Below, piece after piece: positions 38,931-51,915 of a stretch of DNA of 64,000 bases. The notes under the pieces are model-generated. The model ran no database searches, was not told the DNA's origin, and was given only the letters and a program-made list of their open reading frames with translations. The position numbers and the translations under genes are program-made. This DNA is from Octopus sinensis (Eukaryota), in NCBI RefSeq assembly GCF_006345805.1, contig NC_043005.1, forward strand, positions 36,332,001 through 36,396,000, in the 5' to 3' direction. Numbering within the stretch: position 1 is the stretch's first letter; each line of letters begins with the position of its first letter.

Positions 38931-39714
38931 TATTATTATTATTATTATTTTCATTGTCATCTTTAAATTCTGTTTCCATTTCTAGTCGAGTATCTTCTTG
39001 ACACCTAGGGTAGAGAAACGCACTGTGTACATTGGTAGGCAATTAAAATAAACATACCAGATTGTTCATTTACAAAGTCATGTGATAGAGAAAAGAGAAA
39101 AAAAAAGAAAGAAAAATAAAAGATAAAAATGTAAACAAATAAAATGAAAGAGGTAAAAATGAAAAGCATAATTCACAGCGACAATGTTCTTCTCAGTACC
39201 TGTGATATACCAGCTAAGACAATCTGTTGCGCTTCCTGCCTGGATGATAAGCCAAAGATCTTTCTGAATTTTCAGTTCATTTTTTTTTATCATTCCGAGT
39301 GCTCCTACAATAACTGGTACTGTAACCGTTTTGAGATGCCATATCTTGTCGATTTCGAAAATTATTATTGTTGTTGGTGGTGGTGGTGGTGGTGCTGGTG
39401 CTGCTGTTGTTGTTGTTGGTGCTGTTGTAGTTCTTGTTGTTGTTATTATTATTAGTATTATAATTGTTATTATTGTTTTTATACTAGCACAATGTGTATC
39501 CTAACTATTCGAACAACTGTCTTTGAGCACCCAATCAGTGGCAATGTCAACATTCTCAACACACAGCAGGCAGCTCACACTGTTATAACAGCTGCTCCCA
39601 CCTACCATTAATATAAATAACGACTTGAATTACACAACTACAGCAGTTGCTGCAGCTGGTCGTTCTTCTCCCATTATAGAAACGACTTCTATAGCAACTG
39701 CTGTGGCTGCTGCT

Positions 39715-39715
39715 G

Positions 39716-39752
<37 letters not shown>

Positions 39753-39753
39753 G

Positions 39754-39837
<84 letters not shown>

Positions 39838-39845
39838 TTGTTGCA
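39715..39845. repeat. (CTA)n(CTG)n(CTA)n microsatellite
   Basis: Direct reading. Confidence 0.95.
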
Positions 39846-40327
39846 AATGCGTCATCCTCACCAGTCAATCTAGTTGCCTTGCCTGCAAGTAGCAGAAGTT
39901 AAATGATACACAAACATCTTACAAATAAAACAAAGGAGATGTTTAGATGACAGAACAGTAAAAATCTTTAAACAGACAAGATAGTCACGACTGGAGTGCC
40001 GGTGATGATAGAGGCTGACCGACGATGTTTGACCACGAACTAAAGAACAACCACTATCACTACTACAACTGAACGCAGAGGGTTCAATAGTGTCCTCATG
40101 CAAATTCTGCTTTAGGGAATCATAGAAATAATTGCTCCGTGAATCATGTCTGATGGTTCAATCATACATCTACCTGGGTGGCATAGAATCGTTCTTTTAG
40201 GGTTGACTTAGAACAGTAGTGGCGAACCCTTTATAGCTCAGTGGGTTAAAGCTTGAATTACTTCAATATTCCTGTTATCTTAATGTCATTTACGACTACC
40301 AGTTTTATACTTGGTGCAACTGACGTA

Positions 40328-40521
40328 ACTCTTTTACTCTTTTACTTGCTTATCAGTCATGTGACTGTGGCCATGCTGGAGCACCGCCTTTAGTCGAGCA
40401 AATCGACCCCAGGACTTATTCTTTGTAAGCCTATAACTTATTCTATCGGTCTCTTTTGCCGAACCGCTAAGTTACGGAGACGTAAACACACCAGCATCGG
40501 TTGTCAAATGATGTTGGCGGA

Positions 40522-40601
<80 letters not shown>

Positions 40602-40770
40602 CATATATACGACGGGCTTCTTTCAGTTTCCGTCTACCAAATCCACTCACAAGGCATTGGTGGGCCCGAGGCTATAGTAGAAGACACTTGCCCGAGGTGC
40701 CACGCAGTGGGACTGAACCCGGAACCATGTGGTTGGTAAGGAAGCTACTTACCACGCAGCCACTCCTACG
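40328..40770 (-). mobile_element. SINE S1, full length, internal (CA)n
   Basis: Head, body and tail match 4682-5103. Confidence 0.9.
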
Positions 40771-41155
40771 TCCATACATTTACGTAAGTAAATTAAAAAC
40801 ACTCTTCTTCTTAGCTTTCTGTTTCTTAACTAAACACTCAACAAATATGAAAGGATACTGCGATCAACATAATGTGGCTGCTACTAGATTAAAATCATCA
40901 TTGAAATGAATCATTGCTGATGCAGTGTGAGGCCCTTGTATGATTCTTGAGCTGAGCTAAAGATTTGCCGATTCTGTTGCATTATGCACAGCTCTGCTGC
41001 CAGGCATAAGGAACAGGTGCCACACTATGAGGTCTTTTGACATACCCTTTCAATCCTCGAACTGAAAGGCACACCTTTCTATAGGTGGCACATGTTCATA
41101 TACATACACGTACATATACATGTATATACACATATATTTACATCTATCTGTCTGC

Positions 41156-41186
<31 letters not shown>

Positions 41187-41239
41187 TCTATCTGTGTGTT
41201 TATGTCTGTGTATATATATATGTATATATATATATGCGT

Positions 41240-41461
41240 GTGTGTGTGTTTGTGAGTCAGTGTTTGTCCCCCTAGCATTGCTTGACAACCGATGCTGGTG
41301 TGTTTATGTCCCCGTTACTTAGCGGTTCGGCAAAAGTGACCGATAGAATAAGTACTGGGCTTACAAAAGAATAAGTCCCGGGGTTGCTCGATTAAAGGCG
41401 GTGCTCCAGCATGGCCGCAGTCAAATGACTGGAACAAGTAAAAGAGTAAAAGAGTAAAAGA

Positions 41462-41465
<4 letters not shown>
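41240..41465 (+). mobile_element. SINE S1 3' half
   Basis: gtgtttgtccccctagcattgcttgacaaccgatgc...acaagtaaaagagtaaaagag. Confidence 0.85.
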
Positions 41466-41551
<86 letters not shown>

Positions 41552-42892
41552 TGTGTGTGTATGTGAACTTTAAAGAATGTGGTTGTATGAGGCCAGAACA
41601 ATCCTAAAAGGTACAAAGTAAACTACAACATGAAAAGAAAACAGAACAAAGTTGCAGTTTTACCTTGTATTTCTATATTTCGGGGTGAAGACCCTTTTTC
41701 AGGACATTTGGATATCCTGAATATCCTGAAGAAGGGGTCATTCTTTAAATAAATATATATATATTTACATTTATATCATTCTGATATTTTAGTCAATCTG
41801 ATTGATAATATTTATATGTACACAATTTTACAACCACTGAATTATATCCCTCCCCTACATCTGCTAAGTCGGAATGCTTGTATATACATTTGCCTGCGTA
41901 CGTATAGAGTGGCGTACAAGTGTGTGTGTATATGTGTGTCATTTCATCTATTATTTTTCTTTCCGTTTTACTTTCCGCCAGCATTTACCACTGAACGATA
42001 TGGTTGAGAACACAAAAACTCAGAGTAGAGACACAGATGGTATCAACAAAATTAATTAATTATACATTTTCTAATATATTTTTCTTCCGTTGTTTATAAT
42101 TCATCATAACCAATACTTACACCCACACTGTATCTGTCTGAGAGAACGAGAGGGAATGAGAGACAGAGAGTAAAAAGAGAGAGAGGCTGTGTGAGAAACA
42201 GAGAGAATGAGGGAAAGGTCGAAAGAGAAAGAGAAAGAGTGGGGGGGGGGTTGAGAGGAAGGTGATTTCAGACTAGTGTGAATTGTAATTAAGTGAATGA
42301 GTACAGTAGAATAAATTTATTTTAAATCTGTATTAGCTGATGGTGGCAGTTTCACGTTAGCGTCAGTGTGTGTGTATGTGTGTACATGTGTGTGTATGTG
42401 TATATGTATGTACGTATGGGTGTATTTTTGTTAGTATGCATTTATGTAAGTATATATATATATATATATGCTTACACACACATATACATACATATATCTA
42501 TATCTATATACATATGTGTGTATTATGTAACAGTGTACGTTCATGAGTATGTATTTATGTTGGTATCTCTCTTTCTCTCTCTCTCTCTCTATATATATAT
42601 ATGAATCCTGAACGTAAATACCTAAAGTACGGAAGATGCGGTACAAATCCCACTGCGGCCCACTTTGCCTTTCCTTCCCCTGGGGTCAATAGAATGTATA
42701 GTGAATCTTATCCTCTCCAAATTAGAAATTACTCATAACATTCATACCGGTGCGAATTGCCGTAGGAAGCTTGCTTCCTAACCTCATGGAACTGGGTTCA
42801 CTCCCATAGCATTGCACATTGCGCATGTGTCTTCTAATCTGGCCTTTTGAGTGGATTGGGTAGACAGAAACCAAAAGGGCTTGTCGTATATA

Positions 42893-43380
42893 TTAGGTCA
42901 TCCCATAAATAATGCGTTTTTTTCAATTGCATGAACTAGAAGTCGGAGTGGGGCGGGATAAACTTTCTGCATCAACTTGCTATAAAAGCACGTGGTAATT
43001 TTACCTTGTCTTTATTCTTATTGCAAGTTTTGAAGAGTGCAGTTCGATTTCGATAGTTATTTTTTCAAAGCTATAATGGATGTGACAAAGGTGCATATTC
43101 GGCATATTTTGCCTTATGAATACAATAAAGGCAACAACGCAATGGAAAGTGCACCTATAGTACACACCTGACCGTCTACCTTCTGATTACCATTTTATTT
43201 CGATCCTTACAAAATACTTTTAGTAGTAAGAGCTTCAGTTCTTTGGAAGTGTGTAAAAACAACTTAGGCCATTCAGTCCGTGGCCCAGAAAGCTGCCAAA
43301 TTCTGGGAGGATAGAATCCTGAGGCTGCGTCAAAGATGGTAACTGGTAGTGGGACAAAGTGAGGCACATGTTGCTGAAAT
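42893..43380 (+). mobile_element. Internally deleted mariner inserted at a TA inside an S1 SINE
   Basis: TIR ttaggtcatcccataaataatgcg; MDVTKVHIRHILPYEYNKGNNA joined to P(S)DYH..RSLQN-like C-terminal sequence. Confidence 0.65.
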
Positions 43381-43434
43381 ACTGTATGTACGAGTATCAA
43401 ATACTATTTATTTCAAAAATGATCCGAACATGTG

Positions 43435-44691
43435 CAAGGTGTTCAAAAAGTCTCTCCGCAGTAAGTATCTTATTGCGAAATAAATATATATATATGTTAT
43501 AAGACTACAAAAGAATATATTAGACTTTACAAGACTTTAAAAAAAAACATTATAAGAGGTCTTGAAAGTGTCATCCTTCAATTTCAATACATAAGTTGAC
43601 TCTTCTACACATGTTTTGAAATACTTCTTGGAGTGTCTGACGCGGTATGGACCGTGTGAAGGTTATGATAGCGTCTTTTGGCTCATTAATGATTTTCGGG
43701 CGATTCTTGTACACTGATCCTTTACTTGCTCCCCAGAAAAAAAAATCTGGCGGTGTTAAATCAGATGATCACCGAAAAACACTTGAAGTCGTGCCATGGT
43801 GATGCGTGAAATATGTGCTGTAGCGCCATTTTGCTGAAAGTGTGCATTATTAATTTCACTTTCAGTGAATTGGCCTAGGAATGGATAAACAATATTTGAA
43901 CAATATCTCTTGGTGTTGATGGTTTCTTCAAAAATATCGGCCCCACAATACGCTTTCTCGAAATCGCTGTCCACACTCCAGCTTTTTCGGGATGGAGAGG
44001 TTGCTCATGCGTCGCGTGTGGTTTCTTAATGTTCCACAACCTTGTGTTTTGCGAATTTATTTGTCCCGACAGATGAAACCAAGCCTCATCGATGTAAAAC
44101 ACCCATCCAGCACTTCTGTGCCTTTTCCGATAACAAAGTTTTAGAACCAATGACAATAACGAAGCCTTTTAGCATGATCCGTTGTCTTCAATTCTTGAAT
44201 GGCCAGTACTTTTTATGGAAAGAAATGTAATTTCTTTTTACTGTCGTGTGAGCATTTCCTCGGCTGATTTCTGTTTCCTGTGACAATTTGCGTAAGGACT
44301 TTGATGGGTTTGCCAACAGTTTATCAGAAATATTGTAGAGTGTTTCGTCTGAGAGAACAGTAGGCCTACCGCTTCTTGCTGTGTCTTCCACTGAGCCATG
44401 TGTTTCTAAATTTTCTTATTAAATCCCGCACAGTGTCACGATGCGGATCAACAGTATTTGGAAAAGTTTCACTGAACTTCTGTTTCACAGTATCTGTGTA
44501 TTTGTTTCCAGCTCGAAACACCCATTCAACTAAACACGTACGTTCTTCAATGGTTAGCATGTTGGCACGTTGAAGGGTACACAATAACTGAGAGACAATG
44601 GCTGATACCCGGCCGCCCACGCAGTGATAGCCAAGTTGCGCATGCGCAGGATGAAAGAGATTAACTGTGGAGAGACTTTCTGAACACCTTG
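43435..44691 (-). mobile_element. Tc1/mariner-superfamily transposon (rosa/DD41D-like), defective
   Basis: TIRs caaggtgttcaaaaagtctctccgcagt / actgtggagagactttctgaacaccttg plus TA; frameshifted transposase MLTIEER...RSGRP...IDEAWFHLSG...FQQNGATAH...DLTPPDFF; second catalytic D mutated to N. Confidence 0.85.
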
Positions 44692-44794
44692 TATTTCACA
44701 CACACACACATATACATGCATGTATGTATGCATGCATATGAATATATATATCTATATAAATATATATATTTCTGTATATATGTGTGTGCGTTTG

Positions 44795-44837
<43 letters not shown>

Positions 44838-44928
44838 ATATATATACATACATAGATATATATGTGTGTATGCATAAATATATGCGTATGTGTATATACA
44901 CATAGGTGTGCATATGTGTGGATATACT

Positions 44929-44965
<37 letters not shown>

Positions 44966-45806
44966 CGATTATGCATCTATATCTCATTATATTTGCATAT
45001 ATCCATGAAAAATGCTTCATCCTCATGCGTTTATATGGGCTTGTAGATAACGGCATGCTGTTACAAGTATGGATTTGTCTACAGTCATACAATATAGATA
45101 TAAATAGCCGAGCAAGGAATAGATTAGAAAACCCTATCAAATATTTATAGTAATATAATCTTCTCAAGCCAAACTATCATAGAATATCAAGTTTAACATT
45201 TCATAATAAAAGCCTTAATTACACCAACGTAAACTCTGACCTTCGCAGTATGATCGACTGTATTTTATATATATAAACATTCTTCTGTGAACACTAAAAT
45301 AGTACAACATGAACGTTATATACAAAGGAAACAGAAATGACACCCTGTTCACTCCTGACTGAACTCTAAGCAGTAGCAAAATTCCAATATCAAACCAAAA
45401 TAAATCTCTTCATACATTCCGATTATCTCTCACCCTGCAAAGAATTTCCTTTTATTCATCTCTGTTTCCTTTCTTACTACATAACGATTTTCCCCTGTCT
45501 AACTTCACTACCACCTAATTATCATTCACATTACTCCATTAACCAAACATCAACGTAGAAAAGGTTATATAAATCACAGTCTGATGAAGGGGAGCAAACT
45601 AAAACGCTAAGTCACAGTCAAACTTTGCCTTGTAAAAATTTATATAAGTACATAAATACATGCAAATATGTGTGTTTATGTATACATACATATCTCCATA
45701 TGCGCGCGCGCGCGTGTGTGTGTGTGAGAGAGACATTTGGTATGATCCTAAAGAGGGTAAATAAGTATAAACAACCATTTCTCCACAGAGTGAAAAAATA
45801 ATGAAC

Positions 45807-45850
45807 AACCTTAATCGGTTTTCGAACCTCATTGGGCTCTCATCAGAGGC

Positions 45851-45851
<1 letters not shown>
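45807..45851 (-). ncRNA. Minimal type I hammerhead motif
   Basis: ggcct-CTGATGA-GAGCC caatga GGTTC-GAAAA ccga TTA-aggtt: canonical core, 5-bp helices I and II (with G-U pairs), UUA triplet. Confidence 0.55.
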
Positions 45852-45927
<76 letters not shown>

Positions 45928-47261
45928 TAATCGCGCCATATTAAAGCGATTAACTTTACTTGTTACTATAGTTATTACTCTCATCTCTTCTTGAAATTTT
46001 ACAACTAGCTACTTTGGTTGCTGCAAATCAGTGACCGATGTTCGCTTTGTTTACAACATATTGCTAGCGGGATTGGATTCTGACCATTTCTCTGGCGACC
46101 AGGTGTTCGCGACTGAAGATGAGCAAACTAGTTCTCATGATCCTGTCGTCTCCTGGAAGATGGTGGCGGTTCGCTTCCCTGCAAGCAATATATATATAAT
46201 GAGTGCAGTGATGCATCGATAACCACCTGGCGGAAGATCTGCCTGGAGTTAAACTAGTAGTAGTAACATGGAACAACCACTTTGATGTGGCGACTAACTT
46301 TACTTGTTAATATAATTACAGCTCTCATCTCTTCTTGATATTTTACAACTAGATACTTTGCTTTTATATATATATATATATATATATAAATACGTACTGT
46401 TCTGTGATAAAAAATTCAGGAAAAAAAGTACTCCATCTGGTGAGAGATAGATATTATTAATCTAAAGAGCACAACACAGGTCTTTAAGTGCTACTAATAG
46501 TTTCATATGTTGAGAAATACTCAAACATATTCTTCAGGCACAAACCACTCATCATAGCGAAATACAAAAAACGAATATAGAAGAAACGCGAAAAAATAAG
46601 AACAAGAAAAAAGAACTGAGAAGGCGGCATAAAGAATACGCAGAAAGTAAAGAACGGAAAAATGTAAAAAGGAAACAGAAGCACAAAAACTAAAATGTAA
46701 AAAGTAAAAAGTAAAAAGATAGAAGAGCTATCCTCCTTAGACCTTGAATTATAAGGCTGGAGAGATATAACAAGTCAGTCAAGATGAGGCGTTTTCTATA
46801 TGCTACCTTCTTAGTTTATTTCGAGTTTTTTCTACTATACTATTTTCTTTTTAGTTCGTTATGATATGTGGGTTGTGCCGGAAAAATATATTTGAGTTTT
46901 TCTCAAAATATGAAACTATTAGTCGGACTTAAAGATATGTGTTGTGCACTTTAAATAAATAAATAATCTTTCTATCTATCTATCTATTTATGTATATGTA
47001 TATGTATATATATATGCATATATATATATGGTGGATAATATGGTCTTGCAAAATTATCTATTAAAAGATGGCAAGTAATATTATTTGCTATAAAAATTCG
47101 AAACCATGGTATAACCGTTAAATAACAAGGTAAATGTTTTTATTTTTCATCTACTTCCAAATTTGCTATTAAATTGTGGTTTTTGGCCGTGTTGGCTGCT
47201 ATTTCTAGCATGTAAAAAATACCTATTGTAGGGTAATTTTCTATTTTGAAATATATATATA

Positions 47262-47400
47262 GCTATGTGGTAAGAAGTTTACTTCCCAACCACACGATCC
47301 CGCCTTGGGCTTGTGTCTTCTACTATAACTTTCGACCGATCCTAGCCTTGTGACTGGATTTAACAGACGGAAACTGAAAGAAGCCCATCGTATATATATA
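47262..47400 (-). mobile_element. SINE S1 head fragment
   Basis: gctatgtggtaagaagtttacttcccaacc on + and gacggaaactgaaagaagcccatcg; diverged, orientation of the pieces is mixed. Confidence 0.45.
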
Positions 47401-47535
47401 TATATATATGTATGCGTGTGTGTGTGTGTTGGTACGTGTGTGTATGTGTGTGTGCGTGAGTGTGCGAGTGTGTGTATATATATATATATAGTCAGCAAAA
47501 AGGAACCTATAGAATAAGTACCAGGTTATTTACGT

Positions 47536-47659
47536 CTTGTTTGTTGTTATGACAACATTTCGGCTGATCTACTCTCCAGCCTTCATCAGGTGCTCTGGTG
47601 GAATTTCGAACCCACCCTTTTATTTGTTAGTAGCCCGCGCTCTTATCCACACGCTATAT
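47536..47659 (-). mobile_element. Inverted, internally deleted copy of the hammerhead SINE
   Basis: Reverse complement of 47669-47703 joined to 47808-47897. Confidence 0.8.
47551..47592 (-). ncRNA. Hammerhead motif, inverted copy
   Basis: cac-CTGATGA-a-GGCTG gagagtagat CAGCC-GAAATGTT-gtc. Confidence 0.5.
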
Positions 47660-47960
47660 GCCCGTGGTATATAGCGTAGTGGATAAGAGCATGGGCTACT
47701 AACTTGCGGATTCCAAGTTCAAACCCAGGCAGGGACTTGAAAAATATCAACAGAAAAATAACATCAGCAACATACCTTAGGAATGAGAACAATGTGCCCC
47801 ATTAATGAAATAAAGGGTTGCGTTCGAAATTCTACCAGAACATCTGATGAAGGCTGGAGAGTACATCAGCCGAAACGTTGTGATAACAACAAACAAGATG
47901 ATGACCCTTATGTCCTTCCATTCTAAATAATGTACATAATTTCTCGTCTCAAAAATATAG
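47660..47960 (+). mobile_element. tRNA-headed SINE carrying a hammerhead motif
   Basis: A-box-like TAGCGTAGTGG at 47672, anticodon-like arm ggg ctactaa, B-box-like AGTTCAAACCC at 47716, hammerhead at 47841-47882; no TTTT run between head and ribozyme. Confidence 0.7.
47841..47882 (+). ncRNA. Minimal type I hammerhead ribozyme motif
   Basis: cat-CTGATGA-a-GGCTG gagagtacat CAGCC-GAAACGTT-gtg: intact core, perfect 5-bp helix II, palindromic AACGTT, 3-bp helix I. Confidence 0.6.
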
Positions 47961-48300
47961 AGTAGTAAGTACCAGGTTTATAAACAATAAGTACTTCTAG
48001 GCGGATTAAAATTTCTTCTACGCGGTGCCCCAGCATGGCCGCAGTTTAATGACTGAAATAAACGAAAGATAAAAGATAAAAGATAATAGATAAATATGAT
48101 TAAATAACTAACAAAGAGAACAAGACATTATTTAATGAATTTCATTAGCTTACATCTGTTTCTGCTATAATATGCAGTGCATTCTTAGTTGAGCGCTTAT
48201 GTATCACCTTATAACTCAGTCGGAGCTTAACAGGTGCAATTTCCTTTGGGAGAGCGTTTACATATATGGAAAACATTACCACCGAAAGAATGTAAAATAT

Positions 48301-48860
<560 letters not shown>

Positions 48861-49664
48861 TATAAAGAATATGAAATATATAATATATGCTTTTTTGATG
48901 GAGATATATATAAACGTCTTCCCGTTTATAAACGTCTTGCCCTTTATTTTCAAACCTCAGACGAGGCTATTGAGTGATACATATGTGCTCAACCACAAGT
49001 GCATAGGATCTTATAGCAGAAACTGCTGTGAGTTAATGAATTACATTACAAAATTTCTTATATCCTTGTCGTTTATTTAATTATTTACTACGCTCTGTAC
49101 TTGGCAATCGCTTTTTACTGAAGCATATATATATATTGTGTTCTAACATGAATTTATTAGTATCACTTTGCCTAATTGACATTTACATGTGTGTGTGTTT
49201 GCAGGTGTTCGTGTATGACAGAAAGAGGGGGAGGAGAAATAGAGTGGGAGAAGGGAGTTGGAGAAATGGAGAGAGAGTAAGAGAGAGGAAGAGAAAAGAG
49301 GAGAGAAAGAATGAGACAAAGAATATTTATTTGGTTTGGTGTCATTATTAAAGTTGCGCATTTAAAAATCATGTCTCACGTTTTGATTTACTTATATTTC
49401 TAAAATATTCAGATTTTATGCTTTATACATCAAACCGTTAATTTAAATAATGTTTGAATATATTTCAGATTTTATGAAAACTGACGGTCCGATTCACAGA
49501 GCAATACCTGAATATTTACAAGTATGAACGCGAAATTATGAAAGAAAACATTTTCTGTCTTCTATAGTGTTTGTAACTAAGTACTAACTTTTTGAATATA
49601 TCTTCAAATATTTCTTTTAATGAGGAATTATAATAACGACAGTATTTCAATATATATTGCCAAT

Positions 49665-50070
49665 TATTAAAACTGCAAGCCAGCAGAATCGCTAGCTTGC
49701 CAAAATGCTTACTAGTGTTTCTTACATTCGAAGTTCAAATTCCACTGCGGTCGACTTTGCCATTTATCCTTTCGGGGTCAATAAAATAATTCGATGTAAA
49801 CGATTTAACCCCTAACTCCGAAACCCCTTGCCTTGTACTTAAATTTGAATCCTGTATAGCCTATTATTAAGGTGGCACACTAGTAGAATAGCATGCAAAC
49901 CGGGCAAAATGATTTGCGATATTTCATCTGTATTACGTTCTGAGTTCAAATTCCGAGGTCGACTCTGCCTTTCATTTGGTTCGGGGTCGAAATTGCTGGC
50001 CTTGTGCGAAAATTTGAAAACTTCCAAAGCGGTGCCCCAGCATGGCCGCAAACAAGTAAAAAAAATAAAA
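49665..50070 (+). mobile_element. Two S2 SINE copies, the second ending in an S1-type tail
   Basis: gttctgagttcaaattccgaggtcgact...gcggtgccccagcatggccgcaaacaagtaaaa. Confidence 0.7.
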
Positions 50071-50259
50071 GATACTGCCCTATCTTGTTGAAGGTTATAC
50101 CTTAAACATTCTCTCCATCAAGAGTTACTGTTGCAAATGCTAATGGAGCTGCCACAGTCGCCACTGTTTAACATCCTTGCCAGACATCGATTCTACGGTA
50201 TTCTCATTGAGGTTCGGTACTGAGTTGTATATGGCAAAAGCAAACTATATGTGTCTTTT

Positions 50260-50640
50260 ATCTGTTTCTTGTTTCAGCCATTGGACTGCAGCCTTGCTGG
50301 GGGTTCTACTGTGAAGTGTTTAATCAAGCAAATCGACTGCTGTACATACTTTTTTAAGTTACAGATCCGCTAAGTTACAGGAACATGACCAAAACAGCAT
50401 CAAAACAATAACGATTGACAAGCGGCGTGAGTTGGGGAGACAAGCGTAAACACAAACATATACGCGCACACGCGCGCACACACATACACATATATACAGC
50501 CGGCTTCCGCACAGTTTCCGTCTATGAAAGTCCCCCACAATGCTTTGATCGGCACCATGCTTATACTAGAAGACATTTGCCCAAGGTGAATTTGAAACCC
50601 CAAGGCTGCAAGTCGAGCGTTTAACCACATGGGTATATCT
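50260..50640 (-). mobile_element. Diverged S1-like SINE
   Basis: ttcagccattggactgcagcc...gatccgctaagttac...agaagacatttgcccaaggtg. Confidence 0.6.
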
Positions 50641-51019
50641 ACGCCTATGGTGTGGAGGGTTACTTTTATTCTTGTAGTGCCTCGATAGGATACTTATTCT
50701 GTCCTGGTGTCCCAGAGATTATGCTATATGTTACTGAGAATCGAATAGCGAATAGCAACAGAAATTATAAAGCAAAATGGCTTCTCTTCTTGCATGAAGA
50801 ATGCGAAAGAGAAACAGTAGGTCTTCCATCAGTTTTAATCAAAATTCTACTTTTAAAAATCTCATACCTTCAAGATGTTAGTACCTGGTTTGAGATTCCA
50901 TAAAAGATAATAGAAAATAATTTATTGTTTCAATGTTTCTCAATTAAATCTGTACAAATTGTTTCTAATTTAAGCACAAGGCCAACAATTTTGAAGGGGG
51001 TGCTTCATCGATTACATAG

Positions 51020-51670
51020 ACCCCGTGGTTATTACTACCTAGTAGAAGTTGACAGTTTTACAAAATGGACGGAAATTGTTAAGTGCAAAAGATTAATTTC
51101 TGAAACGGTAATAAATTATTTGCACAAATTATTCACAAAATTAGGCATCCTAGACGTGATTGAGCCTGATAATGGAACACTATTTGTGTCCAGTGAATTT
51201 AGAAGATTCTACGAAATGTTCACGGTAGAACATAAAACGATAGCGTCTTATCATCCCAGATCCAATGGACAGACAGAGCGTTTTGTGGACATTTTAAAAA
51301 GAGCTTTGAGAAAAGCAAGCAAGGAAGTTAAAGACGAAGTCGCTCTGCAGCAATTCCTAGGGGTATACAATGTGACGCCGAACCCCAATACACAAGCAGG
51401 AAGCTCACCAGCAGAACAGATGTTCGGTAGTAAGGTGAAATCAGTTTCTGATAAGCTGTTACCTGGCTATGTAAGAAAAAGTCCCAGGGGAGACAATCCA
51501 ATATTTTTCAAAATTAGTGATAAGGTGTACTTGAGGTCGTATTAAAACGGAAAACAGTACTGGGAAGAAGGCAAAATTACAAAGTACATAGGAAAAATGA
51601 TGTCCGGAATTAAAAACAGAAAAGGTATTGAAAACAAGAGACATAAACCAATTGAAGTAGAGATTTATAG
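51020..51670 (+). pseudogene. Gypsy-type LTR retrotransposon integrase fragment (rve core and C-terminus)
   Basis: YYYLVEVDSFTKW...PDNGTLFVSSEF...YHPRSNGQTERFV (DDE triad); stop at 51543-51545, then NGKQYWEEGKI. Confidence 0.85.
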
Positions 51671-51915
51671 AAAATGATCCAGAAAGACATTAAGAACATA
51701 TCAAATGGCAGTATAACACATTCCAGGTACCAACACCGTTACAGGTGGTTGAACCCACGCGTACAAGTGGAAGAAAAAAGAACACAGAGTTCCTACAAAT
51801 AGACACCATAAAGAAAAAATATTAAGTTGGGGAAAAGCGTTAAAAAAGGAGGGGGTAAAGAAATTGAAAAATAAAATTACTTGCTTCCCAAAGAAGAAAA
51901 ATATATAAGGGGAGA

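Noticed and set aside
39195-39262. Minus-strand candidate micro-exon (KIFGLSSRQEAQQIVLAGISQ)
   Set aside because: Purine-rich acceptor, no recognisable homology and no partner exons.
45580-45610. CTGATGA-aggggagcaaact-AAAACG
   Set aside because: Lacks G12 and a paired helix II; at best a decayed relic.
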